This document shows, piece by piece, positions 57,799 to 64,000 of a DNA stretch of 64,000 nt. A program made the position numbers and the translations under genes. The notes under the pieces are model-generated. The model worked only from the letters and a program-made list of their open reading frames with translations. It searched no databases and had not been told where the DNA came from. Source of the stretch: Syntrophales bacterium (GTDB taxonomy: Bacteria; Desulfobacterota; Syntrophia; Syntrophales; UBA2210); contig CAXXNF010000002.1 of NCBI GenBank assembly GCA_963666365.2, forward strand, positions 928,001 to 992,000. The letters run 5' to 3'. Each line of letters begins with the position of its first letter. Position 1 is the first letter of the stretch.

Positions 57799-60700
57799 TT
57801 GTCTGAGAAACTACCGCATACCATTGCGAAACGCATTGCACAGACTTTGCGGGTGGACCGTGTTGCCTTGAAGGCAGCCTTCGGACGCATAGAGGCCCTT
57901 CGACAGAGAGGGACCGACGCAGCATCAATCGCCGCAATGACGGCTGCACTGGAAAAACGGCTTCAGCGGGCGGAACAGAAGAAGCAGGGGCGCATCGCCC
58001 ATCGTCCTGCACTTACCTACCCTGAGGATCTTCCCATTACGGAGAAGCGCACCGAAATCATCGGCGCCATTCGCCGTTATCAGGTGATTGTGGTCACCGG
58101 CGAAACAGGATCGGGCAAAACCACACAGCTTCCCAAGATGTGTCTCGACGCAGGTTGCGGAATCGACGGCGTGATCGGCTGTACCCAGCCCAGGCGGATT
58201 GCCGCGCTTACCATTGCAGGACGGCTGGCGGAAGAAATGGGTGAGCCGGTAGGGCGCTCTGTGGGCTACAAGGTCCGTTTCGACGATCACACCACCCGGC
58301 AGGGGTATATCAAACTGATGACCGACGGCATTCTGCTCATGGAAGCGCAGGGGGATCAATTCCTCAGCGAATACGACACGCTGATTGTCGATGAAGCCCA
58401 CGAGCGAAGCGCCAACATCGATTTTATTCTGGGGATCCTGAAGAGGCTTATAAAAAAACGCACTGACCTGAAGCTCATCATCACTTCGGCGACCATCGAT
58501 CCGGAAAAATTCTCACGCGCCTTTGACCATGCACCGATTATTAAAGTATCAGGGCGCATGTATCCCGTAGAGATTCGCTACCGCCCGCCGGAGTCCGTCC
58601 TCGATCAGAACGGCGAAGCAAACCATGTAGAAGCCGCGGTGCAGGCGGTATCGGAATTAAAGAAAGAGCGCAGACGGGGCCACACGTTGATCTTCATGCC
58701 CACGGAACAGGACATCCGAGAAACCTGCGAACTTCTTGAGGGCAAACATTTCCGCAACAGTCTTGTACTGCCCCTGTTCGGGCGACTTTCTTCGGCGGAT
58801 CAGCGACGCATCTTTCAATCCACGCAAGAGGAAAAACTGATTGTGGCCACGAACGTGGCCGAGACCTCGATTACTATCCCCGGCATTCGCTATGTCGTAG
58901 ACACGGGCCTGGCGCGCATCGCTCACTACAATCCCGCGACAAGGACCAAAGGTCTTCCGGTAAAACCGATAGCGCAGAGCAGCGCCATCCAGAGGGCGGG
59001 CAGATGCGGCCGCATGGAAAGCGGCATCTGCCTGCGTCTGTACTCCATTGAAGACTATGAAGCGCGCCCCCTCTTTACGGCGCCTGAAATCCTTCGATCA
59101 AACCTGGCCGAAGTCATCCTGCGCATGATGGCACTGAAGATCGGCGACGTAACGGATTTTCCCTTCATCGATCCCCCCCGCCCGAGAGCCGTCAAAGACG
59201 GCTATGACATTCTCAAAGAACTCGGCGCCATTCACCGCAGGGGAAAGAACTACGCACTGACCGAACGGGGACGCCTCATGGCGCGGATGCCCCTGGACCC
59301 CCGCATCGCCCGCATGATCCTTGAGGCACAGCATCAGCACTGCGTCGAAGAAATCATTATCATCGCCGCGGCACTCTCCATCCAGGACCCCCGGGAGCGT
59401 CCCATGGAAAAAGAGGCCGCCGCCGATGAAGCCCATCGTCGCTTTGTCAACCCTTCGTCGGACTTCCTCACCTTCCTTTCCCTGTGGACGCACTTTCGAA
59501 CCGTGCAACGAACTGAAAAGACGCAGAATCGGGTGCGGAAATTCTGTCGCGACCATTTTCTATCCTACCGGCGCATGAAGGAATGGTGCGACCTCTATGA
59601 TCAGATCGTTCAGATTATTGAAGAAAACGGCGACAGGTCGCCGATAGCAAAGTCGCTCCTTGAGGGGGAGGCCCTCTACGAGGCGATCCACAAATCAATT
59701 ATTGCGGGGTATCTCTCTCAGATCGGCCTGAAAAAAGAAAAAAACCTCTATCGGACCGCCAAAGGAAAAGAAACCATGATATTCCCCGGCTCCGGGCTTT
59801 TCAATCGGGGCGGAGGATGGATCATCGCGGCGGAAACCGTGGAAACGTCGCGCCTGTTCGCACGAACCGCAGCCGTTGTGAAAAGCGAATGGCTTGAGGA
59901 AATCGGAAAAGAATTCTGCAGGTATCGCTATGCCGAACCACGATGGGACTCCGCCCGCGGAGAGGTTGTCGCCACGGAACAGGTCATGCTGTACGGCCTT
60001 CCCCTCGTGACGGGGCGAACAGTATCGTTCGGTGCCGTCAATCCTCAGGAGGCGTCAAAAGTCTTTATTAGATCCGCCCTGGTCGAAGGCGATCCCTCTG
60101 TCACCTTCCCCTTTCTCTACTATAATCGAGCATTGATCAAGAAAATCGTCACTATGGAAAACAAGATCCGGAAGCGCAACATCCTGGTGGCGGACGACGA
60201 TCTGGTCGCATTTTACGAATCGCGTCTGGGAATGATCTTTGATATCAGAACCCTGAGAAAACGTATTAAAGATGAGCGGGGCGATGGATTTCTTCGGATG
60301 AGTGAAGATGATGTGCGCACCTACATTCCCGACAGGGATCTTCTTTCCCGCTACCCCGATTCAATCAGTCTCGGCAACACACCGCTGAAGGTGACCTATC
60401 GCTTCGAGCCCGGGGCCGCCAGGGACGGCGTCACCGTGCGCATCCCGGCGGGAATTGTCGCCGACATCCCCGCCGAATCCGCCGACTGGCACATCCCGGG
60501 GCTGATGGAGGAAAAGATCACGGCGCTCATCAGGGGACTGCCCAAAGACTACCGCAGGCAGCTGATACCGATTCCCCGCACCGTGGAGATTATCGGGCAG
60601 GATATTGCGGCGGAGGCAAAAGAAGGATCGATTCTTGCGGCCCTTTCCCGATGCATTTACCGTCGATTCGGCCTGTCGATACCAGCGACGGCATGGTCCC

Positions 60701-61740
60701 TGGAGGGCGTTCCCGACCATCTCAAAATCCGGTACGCCCTGACCGACGGGAAAGGAAAGGAGATGAAGGCCGTCCGTGATATCGAACTGCTGAAAAACTC
60801 CTCTACAAAGGGGAAGGATGCGCCGGTCTTTGAAAATGCCCGTGCCCGGTATACGCGGGAGGGCATTACCGAGTGGAACTTCGGAGATATTCCGGAACGC
60901 ATTCCCCTTACCGCAAAGGGACGAAGCACCGGGATTGCCTATCCTGCCCTGAAGGACGAAAAAACCTCCGTCACGCTTACACTCTGCGCCGGCGAGGAGG
61001 ATGCTCGCAGAGAACATGCCCGAGGGGTGCGTCGGCTCTACACACTGCAATTCGGCAAGGACATGAAATATTTAAAGCAATGTCTCTCTCTACCCCGTGA
61101 AATGCGCATTGCCGCAGCCTATTTCGGCGGCGCGGCGCGAATCGAGGGCGATCTTTTCCACATGGCCCTGCCCCTGCTCGTCGACTGCGCTGTGCGAAAT
61201 CAGGGCGCATTCTTTCAAGCAATGGAAAGGGCCCGACCCCGTATTTACGAAAGTGCCGGACAGTGCCTCGCCATGGTCGAACAGATTCTCCACAGCTACA
61301 GCGATCTGCGCCGGCAGCTGCAAGATCTTGAACAGGCAAATCGCACCAATAAAAAGACAGGGGAGTATATCGCACAGATACACCACGAACTGGACCACCT
61401 GCTTCCCGAAGACTTTCTTTCCCGATACGATGGAGAAGTGCTCGTGAAAATGCCCCGCTACATCCGCGCCCTGGCCATTCGGGTCGATCGCGGCACGGCC
61501 CATCTGGACAAGGATCGTCTCAAAGCGGAAAAACTTCAGACATTTACACAGGCCCTGCAGACACTGAAAAATACGCTCCCCCCCTTCTCGTCGTCGCAAA
61601 AACACCGCGCGCTGGAGGAACTTCAGTGGATGATTGAAGAATACAAAATCTCTCTTTTCGCCCCGGAATTAAAAACACTGATTCCCGTGTCGCCAAAGCG
61701 ACTTCAGCAGAAGGTGGAAGAAATCGGGAACATGATCTGA
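57799..61740 (+). CDS. hrpA: ATP-dependent RNA helicase HrpA
   Basis: GETGSGKTTQLPK, TQPRRIAA, DEAHER, TSAT, QRAGRCGR, C-terminal EEYKISLFAPEL. Confidence 0.95.
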   Translation: MSEKLPHTIAKRIAQTLRVDRVALKAAFGRIEALRQRGTDAASIAAMTAALEKRLQRAEQKKQGRIAHRPALTYPEDLPITEKRTEIIGAIRRYQVIVVTGETGSGKTTQLPKMCLDAGCGIDGVIGCTQPRRIAALTIAGRLAEEMGEPVGRSVGYKVRFDDHTTRQGYIKLMTDGILLMEAQGDQFLSEYDTLIVDEAHERSANIDFILGILKRLIKKRTDLKLIITSATIDPEKFSRAFDHAPIIKVSGRMYPVEIRYRPPESVLDQNGEANHVEAAVQAVSELKKERRRGHTLIFMPTEQDIRETCELLEGKHFRNSLVLPLFGRLSSADQRRIFQSTQEEKLIVATNVAETSITIPGIRYVVDTGLARIAHYNPATRTKGLPVKPIAQSSAIQRAGRCGRMESGICLRLYSIEDYEARPLFTAPEILRSNLAEVILRMMALKIGDVTDFPFIDPPRPRAVKDGYDILKELGAIHRRGKNYALTERGRLMARMPLDPRIARMILEAQHQHCVEEIIIIAAALSIQDPRERPMEKEAAADEAHRRFVNPSSDFLTFLSLWTHFRTVQRTEKTQNRVRKFCRDHFLSYRRMKEWCDLYDQIVQIIEENGDRSPIAKSLLEGEALYEAIHKSIIAGYLSQIGLKKEKNLYRTAKGKETMIFPGSGLFNRGGGWIIAAETVETSRLFARTAAVVKSEWLEEIGKEFCRYRYAEPRWDSARGEVVATEQVMLYGLPLVTGRTVSFGAVNPQEASKVFIRSALVEGDPSVTFPFLYYNRALIKKIVTMENKIRKRNILVADDDLVAFYESRLGMIFDIRTLRKRIKDERGDGFLRMSEDDVRTYIPDRDLLSRYPDSISLGNTPLKVTYRFEPGAARDGVTVRIPAGIVADIPAESADWHIPGLMEEKITALIRGLPKDYRRQLIPIPRTVEIIGQDIAAEAKEGSILAALSRCIYRRFGLSIPATAWSLEGVPDHLKIRYALTDGKGKEMKAVRDIELLKNSSTKGKDAPVFENARARYTREGITEWNFGDIPERIPLTAKGRSTGIAYPALKDEKTSVTLTLCAGEEDARREHARGVRRLYTLQFGKDMKYLKQCLSLPREMRIAAAYFGGAARIEGDLFHMALPLLVDCAVRNQGAFFQAMERARPRIYESAGQCLAMVEQILHSYSDLRRQLQDLEQANRTNKKTGEYIAQIHHELDHLLPEDFLSRYDGEVLVKMPRYIRALAIRVDRGTAHLDKDRLKAEKLQTFTQALQTLKNTLPPFSSSQKHRALEELQWMIEEYKISLFAPELKTLIPVSPKRLQQKVEEIGNMI

Positions 61741-61896
61741 ATGAATGAAGGAATGAAATAATTGACAATTCCCCAGAAAGAGGAATATAAAACTCATCCA
61801 TGTACCGAATGGCCGCCGCAACGCCGACAATGAAACGAATCAGTCCCTGATGGGCAAAGGATGGGCAATGACTGACTGTATAAGGATTTTTTACCG

Positions 61897-62610
61897 ATGC
61901 ATCGGGGATTGAAAAAAATTCTTTTCGTACTGAAAGACCGCATTGATCTTATCGAAGTCAAAATATTGTTGATCGGCCTGTTGTTGTGCTATCTGGGCGG
62001 TCTCTATCTGCTGTACCTCGTCTTTGCCGACCCCGGGCTTTACAGAGCATTGATTTCAACAGCAATGATCCATCTTGTGGGAGGCAGGGCGCTGGGAATC
62101 GCCACATGCCTCTCTGCCGACATTCCCCTCGGCTACACGATCCTTTACAACCTCTATCTTGAAATCGTGATTGTCCTCGTCGCCTATGGCGTGGTCGTGC
62201 TCTTTATGCGCAACATCATCCAGCCGAAGCTGTTTCGCAAGGCGGTGCGTCAAGCGGAACTGACGGCGCAGAACCAGAAGACCCGGATCAAAAAATTCGG
62301 CGCCGTCGGGCTTTTCCTCTTCGTGATGTTTCCCTTCTTCATGACCGGACCGGTGATCGGCGCCATCATCGGTTATCTTCTCAACTACAGAGCAATCAAC
62401 AACTTTCTTCTCGTGTTCAGCGGCACGCTGACGTCCATTCTCATCTATGCATTCATGGGCAATAACATCGTAAAGCACATCAATCAATATGTGCACATAG
62501 ATGTGGTAAAGAAGTGGGGCTCCATCATCGTCGCCCTTTTCATTGTAATATTTTTAATATATCACCTTAAAACCATTAAGAAGTACCTATCAGATGACGA
62601 CAGTGAGTGA
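61897..62610 (+). CDS. Small multidrug-export-like membrane protein
   Basis: Multi-TM, KFGAVGLFLFVMFPFFMTGPVIG motif. Confidence 0.7.
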   Translation: MHRGLKKILFVLKDRIDLIEVKILLIGLLLCYLGGLYLLYLVFADPGLYRALISTAMIHLVGGRALGIATCLSADIPLGYTILYNLYLEIVIVLVAYGVVVLFMRNIIQPKLFRKAVRQAELTAQNQKTRIKKFGAVGLFLFVMFPFFMTGPVIGAIIGYLLNYRAINNFLLVFSGTLTSILIYAFMGNNIVKHINQYVHIDVVKKWGSIIVALFIVIFLIYHLKTIKKYLSDDDSE

Positions 62611-62668
62611 AGAAATGCCCTCCCCGGGAGAGTATCGGCGCCCTTCCAGTGCACAAGCGGCCCTCTCT

Positions 62669-63055
62669 TTATATGCCGTATGACCCGTCGGCCTGATGCA
62701 CCTCACGTCCCACCAGGGGAGGATTGAACACACAGAGGAGGCGCATGTCGCGGTCGTGGGCACGCAGCAGGTGCTCGTCATGCTCGTTGAGCGCGTAGAG
62801 CGTACCCGGTTCGATCGGGATGATTTCTCCGGTTTTCACCAGTTCCACCTCACCGGCGCCGTCCACGCAATACACCGCTTCCAGGTGGTTTTTGTACCAG
62901 ATGTGCGTTTCCGTATTGGCAAATATTATTGTTTCATTAAAGGAAAAGCCCATCCCGTCTTCCTTGAGCAGCAGCCGCCTGCTTACCCAATTCCCGTTTT
63001 CGGCGAAGACTTCACGTTCGGAATTCCGTATTTCGTCAATTTTTTTAATGATCAT
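62669..63055 (-). CDS. ectC: L-ectoine synthase
   Basis: WVSRRLLL..DGMGFSF, WYKNHLEAVYC, PGTLYALNEHDEH, CVFNPPL.GREVH. Confidence 0.96.
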   Translation of the reverse strand: MIIKKIDEIRNSEREVFAENGNWVSRRLLLKEDGMGFSFNETIIFANTETHIWYKNHLEAVYCVDGAGEVELVKTGEIIPIEPGTLYALNEHDEHLLRAHDRDMRLLCVFNPPLVGREVHQADGSYGI

Positions 63056-64000
63056 TGTAAATGACACCCTTCAGCATTTCCTCTTTTTTCTCGACACATG
63101 CCGCAATGGACTCGTCGATTATCTCCAGCCCTTTGCGAAGTTGCTGCTCTTCGATCACAAGGGGGGGCAAAAACTTGATGACATCGTTCTTGGCGCCGGC
63201 CCGTTCAATCACCAGCCCCCGCTCAAATGCCTCGGCCGTCACCGCGCCGCTGAAACCCTGCTGAGGAAAGTGCAGCCCATAGATCATCCCGCGCCCGCGC
63301 ACACTTACTCCAAGATCCTTGTACGTCTCGGCAATTCGCTCGAGTTCTTCCTTCAGGATCGCCTCCCGATATTTGATCGCCTCGGCTAAATCCGAATTAT
63401 CCCAATACGATAGAAGCTCCGTCGAAGCTATGAACGCCAGGTTGTTGCCCCTGAAGGTCCCGGTGTGTTCACCCGGTTTCCACTGATCAAGCTCCGGTTT
63501 CATAAGCACCAGGGCCAGAGGAAGCCCGCCGCCTATTGACTTGGACAGAATCACGATATCGGGATTGATCCCCGATTCTTCAAAGCTGAAGAACGTGCCC
63601 GTCCTGCCGTTTCCCACCTGAATGTCGTCAATCACGAGCAGCACATCAAAATCCCGGCAGACCTGCTCTATGTCCTTGAGCCACTGGCAGCTCGCCACAT
63701 TGACGCCCCCTTCCGCCTGGACCGTTTCCAGGAAAACCGCCGCCGGAAGATCGACGCCGCTGCTGCTGTCTTCAAGAAATTTTCTCAGGTACAGCGCCGT
63801 ATCGACGCCGTCTCCGAAGTACCCGTCGTAGGGCATGAAGGTAACGTTCGCCCTGTTGATGAAGGCCTCATCCCGGTAAAAGGCATTACCCGTAATTGCC
63901 ATGGATCCCATAGTGAGGCCGTGAAATCCGTTGGTAAAGGATATGACGTTCGATCGCCCTTTCACCATGCGGACGATCTTCAGCGCCGTTTCAACGGCGT
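63045..64000 (-). CDS. ectB: Diaminobutyrate--2-oxoglutarate transaminase (5' end outside window)
   Basis: NAVETALK, FTNGFHG, ETVQAEGG, DDIQVGNGRTG, LSKSIG, PGEHTGTFRGNN; adjacent to ectC. Confidence 0.94.
   Translation of the reverse strand, partial: AVETALKIVRMVKGRSNVISFTNGFHGLTMGSMAITGNAFYRDEAFINRANVTFMPYDGYFGDGVDTALYLRKFLEDSSSGVDLPAAVFLETVQAEGGVNVASCQWLKDIEQVCRDFDVLLVIDDIQVGNGRTGTFFSFEESGINPDIVILSKSIGGGLPLALVLMKPELDQWKPGEHTGTFRGNNLAFIASTELLSYWDNSDLAEAIKYREAILKEELERIAETYKDLGVSVRGRGMIYGLHFPQQGFSGAVTAEAFERGLVIERAGAKNDVIKFLPPLVIEEQQLRKGLEIIDESIAACVEKKEEMLKGVIYNDH

Noticed and set aside
61800..61896. Possible c-di-GMP riboswitch (repeated ATGGGCAA)
   Set aside because: Lacks the GNRA tetraloop/receptor architecture and second stem.
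1..64000. Numerous overlapping antisense or alternate-frame ORFs (e.g. 3117-3956, 28936-29814, 52985-53806, 54191-55012)
   Set aside because: They are shadows of well-supported genes, with no motifs or RBS.
1..64000. CRISPR array, rRNA, IS/transposase, defence island
   Set aside because: No regularly spaced short repeats, rRNA-like sequence or recombinase/transposase motifs were seen.

Overview
Chromosomal window from an anaerobic Gram-negative bacterium. Gene content and style suggest Desulfobacterota/Deltaproteobacteria, possibly Syntrophales-like; this is an inference. The most striking locus is 0.2-14.6 kb. A TPR + outer-membrane beta-barrel gene (Slam/DUF560-like architecture) precedes a giant ~4,020-aa secreted protein and then a Skp/OmpH chaperone. 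The giant protein has a signal peptide, a FecR-like domain, an acidic Gly/Asp linker, about 11 tandem ~290-350-aa Gly/aromatic/acidic beta-rich repeats and a distinct C-terminal domain. I propose this as a candidate type XI-like (Slam) secretion system with an unusually large cargo. The rest is mostly housekeeping and metabolism: tRNA-His, a LIV-type ABC transporter with an SDR and an XRE-cupin regulator, a GAF-PilB/GspE ATPase, mutS, aconitase-icd-rlmN, copA/copZ, bamD-trxA, a rubrerythrin-thioesterase fusion, an OmpR/BaeS-like pair with periplasmic targets, rpoH, rpsF-rpsR-yybS-rplI-dnaB (with an S6:S18 leader), a selenocysteine formate dehydrogenase (in-frame TGA + SECIS) with a formate channel and small accessory genes, hrpA and ectB/ectC. 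I saw no CRISPR array, rRNA, integrase or transposase. All family calls come from motif recognition by eye, not database searches.
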